From the NCBI GenBank assembly GCA_965262915.1, contig OZ253564.1, positions 3,232,001 to 3,296,000 of the forward strand: a stretch of DNA of 64,000 bases, written 5' to 3'. The position numbers and the translations under genes are program-made. Below, in pieces: positions 1 to 9,329 of this stretch (within the stretch, counting starts at the first letter, position 1; each line of letters starts with the position of its first letter). The stretch is from Candidatus Spongiisociaceae bacterium (lineage in GTDB: Bacteria; Actinomycetota; Acidimicrobiia; Spongiisociales; Spongiisociaceae). The notes below the pieces were generated by a model, which searched no databases, was not told the DNA's origin, and worked only from the letters and a program-made list of their open reading frames with translations.

Positions 1-200
1 ATCCAGCATCCCGAGCGGGCGCCGGAGCGTCTCGCGGTGGGGATCGCTCCCAAGCTGTCCGACGCGGAGTTGGTAACCCTGGCGGTGATCCAGGTGTTGT
101 TGCGGTTCGATTCCGAAGCCCGTTTCCTGCGCTACGCCCACGCCCATCTGGGACCCTGGTTCCCCTACCCTGCCCCACCGGCCCGGCTACAACAAGCGGC
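1..200 (+). pseudogene. IS982-family transposase N-terminal fragment, frameshifted and truncated
   Basis: PKLSDAELVTLAV...SEARFLRYA...FPY, followed after a 1-nt shift by LPHRPGYNKR, typical of actinobacterial IS982 transposases. Similarity stops abruptly near 200. Confidence 0.75.
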
Positions 201-401
201 CCGGCCGCTCTCGTCAACCCAGAACTCCGACGACGTTCCCGGATAGCTACAACTCTCACCAGGAGCCACTACCAAACCCACATAACAGACAGGAACGATA
301 TTGTCATCCTGCGCAGCCAGCGGCGATACCAGCACAGCGGCTACCAACACCGCCGACAGACCAATGAGGGCTGCAAACCGCCCAGTCGGGATACTCAACA
401 C
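200..401 (-). pseudogene. N-terminus of a secreted protein (signal peptide plus Cys-containing module), truncated at the IS982 junction
   Basis: Hydrophobic signal ending PLAAQ, then VCYVGLVVAPGESCSYPGTSSEFWVDESGRA; the reading frame then runs into the opposite-strand IS fragment. Confidence 0.45.
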
Positions 402-617
402 AGAACCTCCCCTGGTATCTCCTCAGCTACTAACCGTTGGGGCAGTCGTAACTACTTCTACTACCTTAAGAGGATGCGCGGATAGCTCCTTGCCTGGGGG
501 AACAGTGGCTGCGCGGGTTGACGAGTCCACGGCGATGACCAGGGCTTTTCCGAGCGGGAAGCGGGTTGAGTTTACCCGTGGGGGCGGCCGCTTCTAGCTA
601 TCCGCGCACGCTCTAAG

Positions 618-805
618 CCTGAATCCACCGATTCATATTCCGAAAACCAATCCTGACCAGGGCGATCTCCGGGATCCACCACTCACAGGAAGTTGCTCCT
701 CTTCCCAGGACCGAACCATCCTTACCAATAGCTATCGCCGCAGATCAGGAGGCATTTCCACCATATCTCCATGTCCGCTGCGCCCTCCCCATCGGTGGAT
801 TCAGG
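618..805. mobile_element. 188-bp MITE, IS1380-like ends
   Basis: Perfect 15-bp inverted repeats CCTGAATCCACCGAT (618-632) / ATCGGTGGATTCAGG (791-805), flanked by the 5-bp direct repeat CTAAG (613-617, 806-810). No ORF. Confidence 0.85.
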
Positions 806-842
806 CTAAGTGTGGGACTAAGGGGAGTCAACTTATCTCCTG

Positions 843-893
843 AAACGAGAACTGAGTCGTCAATCTGTAAACGAGAACTGAGTCGTCAATCTG
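843..893. repeat. Perfect 25-bp tandem duplication
   Basis: AAACGAGAACTGAGTCGTCAATCTG at 843-867 and 869-893. Confidence 0.95.
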
Positions 894-941
894 CAAAACC
901 CCTGGTAGATGAGGTTTTTCCGGGATCGGGTGGAACACTAA

Positions 942-968
942 GGTGGAGTTGAGGGGATTTGAACCCCT
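942..968 (-). repeat. att-like site: duplicated 3' end of tRNA-Ala
   Basis: GGTGGAGTTGAGGGGATTTGAACCCCT matches 34539-34565 (GGTGGAGCTGAGGGGATTTGAACCCCT) at 26/27 positions in direct orientation. Confidence 0.88.
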
Positions 969-1136
969 AATGGCCGATAGGGGTTGTTTTCCGGCTCTTC
1001 GGAAATGAGGGGGGAGTAGGGGATCTGCCAGGGGGAGTCGGAATCCACCAGAACTGTCTTCATCCTCGGGGTGGAAGTAAGAGGCTGTCGTGGGGTGCCA
1101 TTGCAGATCGTTGACTACGCGCCGGCCCGCATACTC

Positions 1137-1994
1137 CTAATCGAACGCCGACGCAGCAACGTCTTCTTGCAGTTCGTAGATTGATCCGGCGGGCCTTCTC
1201 GGGAGCGGGATTCGAACTGGTACGCGCTCGACGCGAGGCTCGATCGTTGGTTGGCCGCTGACAATGCGGCCATTGAATTCGTCGAAATCGTCAACGCCCA
1301 AGAGAGGCCAAGCATCGGCGGCGCCCATCTCCAGTAGGTAGAGACGACGCGACCGGTCCGAGGGATTTCGCGCCGAGCCGTGCAGCGCACGGACGTGGTG
1401 AATCGAGATACCGCCCGCCTCAACCTCGATCGGAACCGCGGCCTCCAGCAGGTCACGAATCGGCTTCGGATCGACTGCTCCGACGAAAAGGCCATCGGCG
1501 TGGTGGTTGAAGATGTCGCCTAGATGTGTGCCAGGAACGACTCTCAGACAACCGTTCTCCGTTGTCATATCGTCGAGTGGTATCCCAACGGCGAGCAGGT
1601 CATCGTTGGTGTGGGGAACGAAAGCCCAATCCTGATGCCATTCCACGGGTTCACCGCTCCGGGCTGCCTTCACATTGAGTTTGGTCTCCTGGTATCTAAT
1701 CCCGGAAGCACCAACCAACTGCTCGACGATCCCGAGGATCACCGAGTGTCGCAGCACTCCGTCGTACACGGGATCAACGACATTCGGATGTTTGATCCGT
1801 CGTACTCGAGGCGATGTCGGCGAGTGCTCCGGCCCGATGTCGAACACATCGCTGTGGCCTAGCAGGTTGCGGGACTCATGTAGGAGTAGGTCGGTGACCT
1901 GTCTAAGCCCATCGATCTCATCAGTGCTTAGGACGTTCTCGACTACGAGATAGCCGTCGTTGCGGTAGCTCTCGATCTGGAGCTTGGTCAACAT
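1137..1994 (-). CDS. PhyH-family Fe(II)/2-oxoglutarate dioxygenase
   Basis: MLT..QIESYRNDGYLVVENVL start, WHQD (HxD) motif, ENGCLRVVPGTH, distal HGS..N.S...RR. Confidence 0.9.
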   Translation of the reverse strand: MLTKLQIESYRNDGYLVVENVLSTDEIDGLRQVTDLLLHESRNLLGHSDVFDIGPEHSPTSPRVRRIKHPNVVDPVYDGVLRHSVILGIVEQLVGASGIRYQETKLNVKAARSGEPVEWHQDWAFVPHTNDDLLAVGIPLDDMTTENGCLRVVPGTHLGDIFNHHADGLFVGAVDPKPIRDLLEAAVPIEVEAGGISIHHVRALHGSARNPSDRSRRLYLLEMGAADAWPLLGVDDFDEFNGRIVSGQPTIEPRVERVPVRIPLPRRPAGSIYELQEDVAASAFD

Positions 1995-2090
1995 ATCTTC
2001 TCCGACACTCAGAGAACGCAACGGCATTGCATTATACACAATACTATCGGTCATCGTCGGGTTGGGGTCCTTTGCCAACCGGGGGTTACG

Positions 2091-2909
2091 TCAGCGAGCG
2101 AGCAGCCTCCGCAGGAATGCCTGAGTTCTCGGCTGACGGGGCTGGTTGAAGATCTCAGCTGGGGGACCTATCTCAACGACTCGTCCTTCGTCCATGAAGA
2201 TCACCTTGTCGGCAACATCCTGTGCGAAGTGCATCTCGTGTGTGACGACGATCATCGTCATCCCATCGTCTGCGAGTTTTCGTATGACCGCGAGCACCTC
2301 GCCAACGAGTTCCGGATCGAGGGCGGACGTCACTTCGTCGAACAGCATCACTTGCGGGCCCATGGCAAGGGCTCGGGCGATTGCGACGCGTTGCTGTTGC
2401 CCACCCGACAGACGCGCCGGGTACTCATGGGCCTTGTCTGCAAGGCCGACGTTGGCGAGCAGAGTCATGGCCAAAGCTTCGGCGTCGCCGGGGCTGAGCT
2501 TCCTGACTCGTTGGGGAGCGAGCGTCACGTTCCTGAGTACGGTGAGGTGCGGGAAGAGGTTGAACTGCTGAAAGACCATTCCCACCTCTTTGCGAAGGGC
2601 GTGGCGAACATCGGGGGCTGCGAGTGACGACGCTGCATCGCGCTCTTGGCGTTCCCCAACGGCAACGAGTTGATTCTCGATCCACAGCTCGCCGCTGTCG
2701 AATGGCTCCAATCGTGCGATCATGCGAAGCAGCGTGCTCTTTCCGGAGCCGCTCGGGCCGATGAGAACCAACACATCGCGCGGCTCTACATCAAGCGAGA
2801 TATCACGCAACACAGCCAAGGCGCCATACGACTTATCGAGCGACCGGACTCTGACCTTCGCCGACAGCGATCCCAGCGATCCGGCCCCGTTCATTGTTGA
2901 ATCCTCCAT
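2091..2909 (-). CDS. Polar amino acid ABC transporter ATP-binding protein (GlnQ-like)
   Basis: [54 protein letters not shown]. Confidence 0.95.
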   Translation of the reverse strand: MEDSTMNGAGSLGSLSAKVRVRSLDKSYGALAVLRDISLDVEPRDVLVLIGPSGSGKSTLLRMIARLEPFDSGELWIENQLVAVGERQERDAASSLAAPDVRHALRKEVGMVFQQFNLFPHLTVLRNVTLAPQRVRKLSPGDAEALAMTLLANVGLADKAHEYPARLSGGQQQRVAIARALAMGPQVMLFDEVTSALDPELVGEVLAVIRKLADDGMTMIVVTHEMHFAQDVADKVIFMDEGRVVEIGPPAEIFNQPRQPRTQAFLRRLLAR

Positions 2910-3559
2910 CGACCGCTCCCTCTCTTCTCCAGCCAACGCCCGATCCCGCCAAGCGGGTAGATCATTACGAAGTAGATGACACCGACGGCTACGAAGACCT
3001 CTAGGAAGCGGAAGGACTCCAGCGAGATCAGTGTCGCGGTGTGGGTGAGTTCCGGGACGCGGAGAATGCTGACATAGGCCGTTCCCTTGACGAGCAGCAT
3101 GGTGTGAGCCATGAACGCCGGTAGCACGACCGCGGCTGCCTGAGGTGCTACCACAAACCGAAAGGTGTCGAAGCGGCTGAGGCCGAGCACGCGCGCTGCT
3201 CGACGCTGGCTACCTGTCACTTCTTCGAGGCCGGCGCGAAAGATCTCGGACTTGTATGCCGCCTGATTCATACCGAGGGCGATCGCTCCCGCCTGGAACG
3301 ACGACAGAGAGATGTTGAGAACCACCGGCAGTACGAAGAATATCCAGACGAGCTGGACAACGAGCGGCGTCGTTCGGAAAAACTCGACGAACACAGTTCC
3401 CGGAATCCGAAAGATTCGATACCGCGACCTGCGGGCCAGGGCAAGCAACAGTCCGAGGACCACTCCAAGCGTAAGCGATATAGCTGCCAGGCCGAGCGTG
3501 TAGCGCAATCCGCGCAGGAGCGCCGGGATGTAGTGGACTAGTTCACCCACGAATTCCAT
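2891..3559 (-). CDS. Polar amino acid ABC transporter permease
   Basis: TM helices, [24 protein letters not shown]-like loop. Confidence 0.92.
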   Translation of the reverse strand: MEFVGELVHYIPALLRGLRYTLGLAAISLTLGVVLGLLLALARRSRYRIFRIPGTVFVEFFRTTPLVVQLVWIFFVLPVVLNISLSSFQAGAIALGMNQAAYKSEIFRAGLEEVTGSQRRAARVLGLSRFDTFRFVVAPQAAAVVLPAFMAHTMLLVKGTAYVSILRVPELTHTATLISLESFRFLEVFVAVGVIYFVMIYPLGGIGRWLEKRGSGRWRIQQ

Positions 3560-3563
3560 TCGC

Positions 3564-4223
3564 CTACCGGTCTCTCGAGATTCCCATAGCGTTTTCCATG
3601 CGATCAGAGAGCAGCACGATCGGATAGGATATTACGAAGTAGACGATAGCAACAACCGTATAGAACTCGATCGGCCTGAAGCTCTGGGTCGCACCGATCA
3701 AACCCGCATTGAGAAGGTCGGTCGCACCGATGAAACCGGCGAGTGCCGAATCCTTGATGATATTCACAGTCGAGCTCGTCATCGGTGGAAGGACTGCGCG
3801 TATCGCCAGCGGGAGGATTATGAAACGGTACCGGTCAGTCCGGCTCAGGCCAAGCACGATCCCCGCTCGTTTGTAGCCCTCAGGCACCGACTGGATACCG
3901 GCTCGGTAATTCTCGGCCATCACAACCGCTTGGTTCCAGGTCAACACGAGCAGCACCGCCTGAAAGGGAGTGAAGAACAAATCGAACGTACTCGCCAGGC
4001 CGAAGAACACCAAGAGTAGTTGGAGCGGCACGGGCGTCGACAACGTTGCTTCGATCATCCCCGTTATGCCGGGTCGAAGCACCGAAGACATACGCCCCAA
4101 CGCGAGTGGCAGTCCCCCTAGGGTTCCCATCACGAATGCCAATGAAGCCAAGGCAACGGTGAGCCATAGCCCTTGGAGAAGAAGGGGAATCCGCTCAAAT
4201 ACCGGGACGAAACTCAGTTCCAT
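3564..4223 (-). CDS. Polar amino acid ABC transporter permease
   Basis: LLQGLWLTV, AENYRAGIQSVPEG, IIKDSAL. Confidence 0.92.
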   Translation of the reverse strand: MELSFVPVFERIPLLLQGLWLTVALASLAFVMGTLGGLPLALGRMSSVLRPGITGMIEATLSTPVPLQLLLVFFGLASTFDLFFTPFQAVLLVLTWNQAVVMAENYRAGIQSVPEGYKRAGIVLGLSRTDRYRFIILPLAIRAVLPPMTSSTVNIIKDSALAGFIGATDLLNAGLIGATQSFRPIEFYTVVAIVYFVISYPIVLLSDRMENAMGISRDR

Positions 4224-4385
4224 TTAGGCGATGAACCGGATGGAGCCTGTACCTTCACAGCTCGAACGCGATACAGAGGGAGAACCGGACACGGTGGGGT
4301 TACACCAAATGACGGACTCGGTATCGGCCTGCTTCCAGCGATGAGCGTATGTCCACCGTCCGCTCGCTCGCGCATCACCGTCCTA

Positions 4386-4486
4386 GGAGGGTCGTCTAAA
4401 ACGGTGGGGAGCAACGGCCCGTCTTCCTCTGAACAGGCATTATGTCATCGGTCGACGGGCCATGAAGGGGTTTCACACCACCCTCC
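4386..4486 (+). mobile_element. 101-bp MITE, copy 1
   Basis: GGAGGGT(C)GT...ACCACCCTCC ends with TA on both sides; near-identical to copies at 38861, 44832 and 48437. Confidence 0.9.
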
Positions 4487-4495
4487 TAGCGGCCG

Positions 4496-6133
4496 CTACT
4501 CGTCAATATTGATCGGTTCGAGAAGTTCCTCCACATATTTGTCGAACAGTGGCTCGACTGCGTTCTCGGCTCGCAGGTCGGCGAGAAACGCATTGACGTA
4601 CTCCACGAACTCGGTGTCACCGTCAGGGAGCCCGTAGGCGACAAAATCACTCTGCAACGGCTCACTGACATCAGGTATGAACCTGACATCATCTCCATAC
4701 CGCGCCTCAACACGACGCGTCGTAAACGGTGTCTCGATCACGTGAACATCAGCCCGGCCGGTCAACACCTCAGCCAACGTCTGAACGTTGGTGATCCCAG
4801 CAACCGTCCGCTTCGTTACATTCGGCAGATACGTATCAACCACGGTCTCGCCGTACGAGCCGACACTCACGATCGCAGTAACCGACGGATCGTTCAGGTC
4901 ATCAAGCGTCTGATACGGACTATCAGCACGCACCAAGAACAGCTGGTCGACCGAATACAACGGATCAGAAAAGTCCAAAACCTCATCACGCTCAGCGCTC
5001 ACAACCAACGTAACCGTCATATCGTAACGATCAGCCTGCACACCCGCCGCGATCACATCCCACCCCACAGGAACGTACTCAACCTCCACACCCAACCGCT
5101 CAGCAAGCTGACCAGTCACATCAATATCAACACCAGTGATATCCCCCTCCGGAGTTTCAATCGACGTCGGCGCATAGAAGGCAACACCAACCCGCAACAC
5201 ACCACGATCCATAACCTCAGCCAACCGACCCTCAAAGGTGTATGCCTGAGAAATATCGATCGGTTCGAGGAGTTCCTCCACATATTTGTCGAACAGTGGC
5301 TCGACTGCGTTCTCGGCTCGCAGGTCGGCGAGAAACGCATTGACGTACTCCACGAACTCGGTGTCACCGTCAGGGAGCCCGTAGGCGACAAAATCACTCT
5401 GCAACGGCTCACTGACATCAGGTATGAACCTGACATCATCTCCATGCCGCGCCTTAACACGACGCGTCGTAAACGGTGTCTCGATCACGTGAACATCAGC
5501 CCGGCCGGTCAACACCTCAGCCAACGTCTGAACGTTGGTGATCCCAGCAACCGTCCGCTTCGTTACATTCGGCAGATACGTATCAACCACGGTCTCGCCG
5601 TACGAGCCGACACTCACGATCGCAGTAACCGACGGATCGTTCAGGTCATCAAGCGTCTGATACGGACTATCAGCACGCACCAAGAACAGCTGGTCGACCG
5701 AATACAACGGATCAGAAAAGTCCAAAACCTCATCACGCTCAGCGCTCACAACCAACGTAACCGTCATATCGTAACGATCAGCCTGCACACCCGCCGCGAT
5801 CACATCCCACCCCACAGGAACGTACTCAACCTCCACACCCAACCGCTCAGCAAGCTGACCAGTCACATCAATATCAACACCAGTGATATCCCCCTCCGGA
5901 GTTTCAATCGACGTCGGCGCATAGAAGGCAACACCAACCCGCAACACACCACGATCCATAACCTCAGCCAACCGACCCTCAAACGCCGGTTGTGGCGACG
6001 TAGCCGTGGTGGCTCCCGTCGTCGTGGTGTCTTCCGACTCGGAACTCCCGCACGCTACGGATATCAACATCAGTATTGCCATGACGATCGGGAGCGATCT
6101 GATATGGCGGGGCTGGCACCTGCTGCTCTGCAT
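4496..6133 (-). CDS. ABC substrate-binding lipoprotein with two tandem SBP_bac_3 domains
   Basis: Lipobox SVAC, Thr-rich linker, two ~249-aa domains each containing RGVLRVGV...GVDIDV. Confidence 0.92.
   Translation of the reverse strand: MQSSRCQPRHIRSLPIVMAILMLISVACGSSESEDTTTTGATTATSPQPAFEGRLAEVMDRGVLRVGVAFYAPTSIETPEGDITGVDIDVTGQLAERLGVEVEYVPVGWDVIAAGVQADRYDMTVTLVVSAERDEVLDFSDPLYSVDQLFLVRADSPYQTLDDLNDPSVTAIVSVGSYGETVVDTYLPNVTKRTVAGITNVQTLAEVLTGRADVHVIETPFTTRRVKARHGDDVRFIPDVSEPLQSDFVAYGLPDGDTEFVEYVNAFLADLRAENAVEPLFDKYVEELLEPIDISQAYTFEGRLAEVMDRGVLRVGVAFYAPTSIETPEGDITGVDIDVTGQLAERLGVEVEYVPVGWDVIAAGVQADRYDMTVTLVVSAERDEVLDFSDPLYSVDQLFLVRADSPYQTLDDLNDPSVTAIVSVGSYGETVVDTYLPNVTKRTVAGITNVQTLAEVLTGRADVHVIETPFTTRRVEARYGDDVRFIPDVSEPLQSDFVAYGLPDGDTEFVEYVNAFLADLRAENAVEPLFDKYVEELLEPINIDE
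4505..5983. repeat. Intragenic tandem duplication, period 747 bp
   Basis: 4505-5236 vs 5252-5983; only four differences noticed by eye. Confidence 0.95.
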
Positions 6134-6359
6134 GATGGGATAACTCCTATGCGACGGGGTAGTGGCAATTTAACCCTAACCTCCCGTTGCGGTGAGCGCA
6201 ACTGGTTTGTGACTACCGCAACACGGAAGCGTTCGCAATCAAGTTGTGAGATTCATGCAACGTACTTAGAGCCGCGCTGGTAAGTAGGAAGCCACTACTT
6301 GAGGTATATATCGGTTTTCATGCCGAGTGCGAAAACATCTCCAACTGGAGGGCATCGTG

Positions 6360-6431
6360 ATGCGCCTGCTCGACCCTGAAGTGGTAAATGCGGTCTGGAC
6401 GACGGTTGAGGCCCTGATACGCCCTCGTGAG
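6360..6431 (+). pseudogene. Probable IS5-family transposase N-terminal remnant
   Basis: GGAGG RBS, then MRLLDPEVVNAVWTTVEALIRPR, resembling the W..VEPLLP start of IS5-family transposases; no continuation. Confidence 0.5.
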
Positions 6432-6703
6432 GAATCTCAGCACTGCGCGCTAACACCCGAGTCATCGATGTGTACCCGCCCAACCACCTTCAACCACAAA
6501 CGACACGCTCCATCAGCACCGCCGCCCGTGGAGGAGAGAGGCCGACCTCGCGCGCGTACAGCGAGGGGAGCGGGATCAACATCCCCGTACCGATCAGGTC
6601 CGGAACGTTGGCCGACAAACCGGACGGATCGACCGAATCAAAAGTCTGACGGGCGTTCCAGGACGAGGTGGGGCCGGTGCCATCCAGAGCGATACTGTCT
6701 CGT

Positions 6704-7453
6704 CTACTTGAAGATGGAAAAGCCACCGTCGGCGCGGATTACTTCTCCGGTAATGAAGGAGGCCCGATCGGAGAGGAGGAACTCGATGACCTCGGCGATT
6801 TCGTCGGGTTGGGCGAAGCGCTTGAGTGCGTGCCCGTCGATACGTTCCTGTACATCGAACGCCCCACGGACCGCGGCGTTACGGACCATCGGCGTGTCGA
6901 CGTATCCGGGCGCGACGGCGTTGATACGGATCCCGTGCTCGGCCCACTCCACGGCCAGCGTCCTCGTCAACGACCCGATACCCGCCTTCGCAACCGCATA
7001 CGGGAGGCGCCCCGGCCACGCGAAATCCTTGGCAACAGAACTGATGTTGACGATGGAACCTCCGGTTCCAGTAGAGATCATCGCGGTGGCCACTGCCTGA
7101 GCCACGAAGAAGGAACCGTCGAGATGTACCCCGAGGACCGAACGCCAACCGGCCTCTTCCAGATCTACACTGGCTCCGGCGTGATGGTTGCCGGCGCCGT
7201 TGACGAGTCCGACGACGGGCACCTGCTCTGCAAACAACGCTACGGCACTGCGCACCTGCGCACGGTCCGAGACGTCGCAGGGAACAGCGGCGACCCCGGA
7301 ATGGGACCCGAGTTCGGTAAGCGGATCACCCTCCAGATCGATGGCGCCCACCACCACACCGGGCCACCTTTCGAGCAGCATCTCGGTCACAGCAAGCCCG
7401 ATACCGCTCGCCGCGCCGGTCACCACCACACAGCGCTCCGCTACGTCTGCCAC
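6704..7453 (-). CDS. SDR oxidoreductase (1)
   Basis: TGAASGIG, NGAG, YAVAK (YxxxK), ASFITGEVIRADGG. Confidence 0.93.
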   Translation of the reverse strand: MADVAERCVVVTGAASGIGLAVTEMLLERWPGVVVGAIDLEGDPLTELGSHSGVAAVPCDVSDRAQVRSAVALFAEQVPVVGLVNGAGNHHAGASVDLEEAGWRSVLGVHLDGSFFVAQAVATAMISTGTGGSIVNISSVAKDFAWPGRLPYAVAKAGIGSLTRTLAVEWAEHGIRINAVAPGYVDTPMVRNAAVRGAFDVQERIDGHALKRFAQPDEIAEVIEFLLSDRASFITGEVIRADGGFSIFK

Positions 7454-7502
7454 GAAACGCCTCGCTCGCGATCCAAAGTCGACGATCCCACGTCGGCGTA
7501 CA

Positions 7503-8978
7503 TCATGGATGCCAATCGACGAAGTCGTCGAGGGGGTAGAGAGGCCGGGGTGCCCGGAGCCAGCTAAGAGCCGTGATGTCGGATTGGGTGGGACCGGGGG
7601 TGTCGGCCCGGATCACTTCGGATGTGACCGAGCGGAAGAACTGGAAGTTGGATGCGGTCTTGAGGACGGCGAGCTTATAGTCGCCCGGTTCCACCCCGAA
7701 CCGGCGATATATCACCGGCAGGTTCCCCCCCAACCCCCTCAACTCGGAGATCATCAACGTCACCGCACCGACATCGAAGATCACCGTAGTCCCCATATCC
7801 ACCTCAAGGCCCCAATGACCCGCCCCCCTCAAATCCAACACACCAGAGGCAACCGTTCGTACCACCCCCCTCACCTCCACAGGAGCAAAGAACGGAGTGG
7901 TGCACCCCCCAACCTCCACCGTCACCGTTGCCCCCTCACCGGCCGCCGTCAATCGTGCGACCGCCCCTCGGTCCACCATCGGGATCAACGCCGACACCCC
8001 ACCACCAATCCGCAACACCGACTCCAGGACCACCGTGCTGTCCCCTGCCGACCCACCGAACATCGAGTCGCCGGTGTCACTGATCACGACGACCCCGTCG
8101 GACGCCGCTACCGCCCTCAACACCGCTTCATCGGCCGACACGCTCTCCTTGACCTGGAACTCGTCTCGCATCGACCACGCCAGTTCCGCCAACTCGTCGG
8201 CACGTCGCTCTGCCCCTTTCCGGTCCCCATCGGTCACCACGACCGTGGCCCAACCTGCCTCCTCGACATCGAGCCACGGCTGCATAGGGAAGTTCGACAC
8301 CGACAACACCCCCGGCTCCAATTCCATCGCCCGCGCCCGATCAAACCACCGCTTCATCGGACCATGGGAGGTGAGGTATTGCTCCTGGTGGGAGATCAGA
8401 GGGATCTTGTGCCACGCCATCGTTGGCTCCGCCCCCTTGACTATCAGCAGCAGCAGCTCGGTCGACGCCCGGCCCGTCTCGACCTGGTCGTGCGGCTGTG
8501 TCCGATACCCCACCAGAGCGTCGCTGCCATCAACCATCCGCTCTGTCACGTTGGCGTGATGATCCAACGTCACCACGATCGGCACCGCCGCACCTACAAC
8601 CTCCCGACACCGTGCGATGATCGCACCCTCGACATCGTCGAGCTCCTCCCCTGCACAAGCCCCGTGCAGATGCAAAGCCACCCCCTCCACATCGCCCGCA
8701 TCCGCCAAACCATCGGCGATCGCATCCCGAAAGAACTCGAACGCCTCCCGCGTGATCCGACCACCCGCGGTGGTGTTGCCTCGGATGATCGGGACCGTTT
8801 CCACATCGGGCCACGACGCCACCACATCCAAATACCCACCGATGGTCGACACACCCCGCATCCTGTCGACCACCTCATCACCCAAATACAGTCCGAACGC
8901 CCGGAAATCCTCCAGCGTCGTGGGCTCCGGATTGAACGTATCCGTCTCCTGTCCGAATTGCGCCAGCGCCAACCGCAC
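7503..8978 (-). CDS. MlrC / M81 metallopeptidase family (1)
   Basis: QETDTF, LHLHGA, TLDHHAN, YRTQPH, DTGDSMFGGSAGD, PRPLYPLD C-terminus. Confidence 0.9.
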   Translation of the reverse strand: MRLALAQFGQETDTFNPEPTTLEDFRAFGLYLGDEVVDRMRGVSTIGGYLDVVASWPDVETVPIIRGNTTAGGRITREAFEFFRDAIADGLADAGDVEGVALHLHGACAGEELDDVEGAIIARCREVVGAAVPIVVTLDHHANVTERMVDGSDALVGYRTQPHDQVETGRASTELLLLIVKGAEPTMAWHKIPLISHQEQYLTSHGPMKRWFDRARAMELEPGVLSVSNFPMQPWLDVEEAGWATVVVTDGDRKGAERRADELAELAWSMRDEFQVKESVSADEAVLRAVAASDGVVVISDTGDSMFGGSAGDSTVVLESVLRIGGGVSALIPMVDRGAVARLTAAGEGATVTVEVGGCTTPFFAPVEVRGVVRTVASGVLDLRGAGHWGLEVDMGTTVIFDVGAVTLMISELRGLGGNLPVIYRRFGVEPGDYKLAVLKTASNFQFFRSVTSEVIRADTPGPTQSDITALSWLRAPRPLYPLDDFVDWHP

Positions 8979-9014
8979 TTTGGGTTCTTCCCCTCGTTTA
9001 CTGGTACAAGGCTG

Positions 9015-9200
9015 ATGGTAAATGAAATCACGCCGACCCAGAGGTTCGCTCCCGATCGGCAGTTGAAGTCACTTACGGACAACACGGGCTGGAACGATTT
9101 CCTCGACCAACTAGAGGAGATCCGAAGGGTCGGCGCCGTCATATTCGGAACGGGGGGTGAGCCGGCGGGTTCCTATTCCGCGGCCTTTACCGAGAGCTCG
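9015..9200 (+). pseudogene. Possible IclR effector-domain remnant
   Basis: LKSLTDNTGWNDFLDQLEEIRRVG resembles the IclR C-terminal L..FT..T...L..EL..IR..G segment; no HTH nearby. Confidence 0.35.
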
Positions 9201-9329
9201 TCTCGATCACCGCCGCGACTCAATAGTCGCCGCCACCGGGAAAGCCGCCCAACGGGCATCCCGCTCTCCTGGGTGCTCGGGGAACCCTCCCCGGCAGTAG
9301 CCCGTCACCCACATCTAGCCGTGGTAGGT

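Noticed and set aside
843-893. Possible CRISPR repeat
   Set aside because: Two copies with a 1-nt spacer and no cas genes. The 40-bp repeat at 55523/55689 is also not an array.
942-968. Second tRNA gene
   Set aside because: Only the T-arm and acceptor 3' strand are present; there is no anticodon or D arm.
4742-6283. 513-aa + strand ORF with an internal repeat
   Set aside because: Antisense shadow of the duplicated SBP gene; composition skew removes stop codons.
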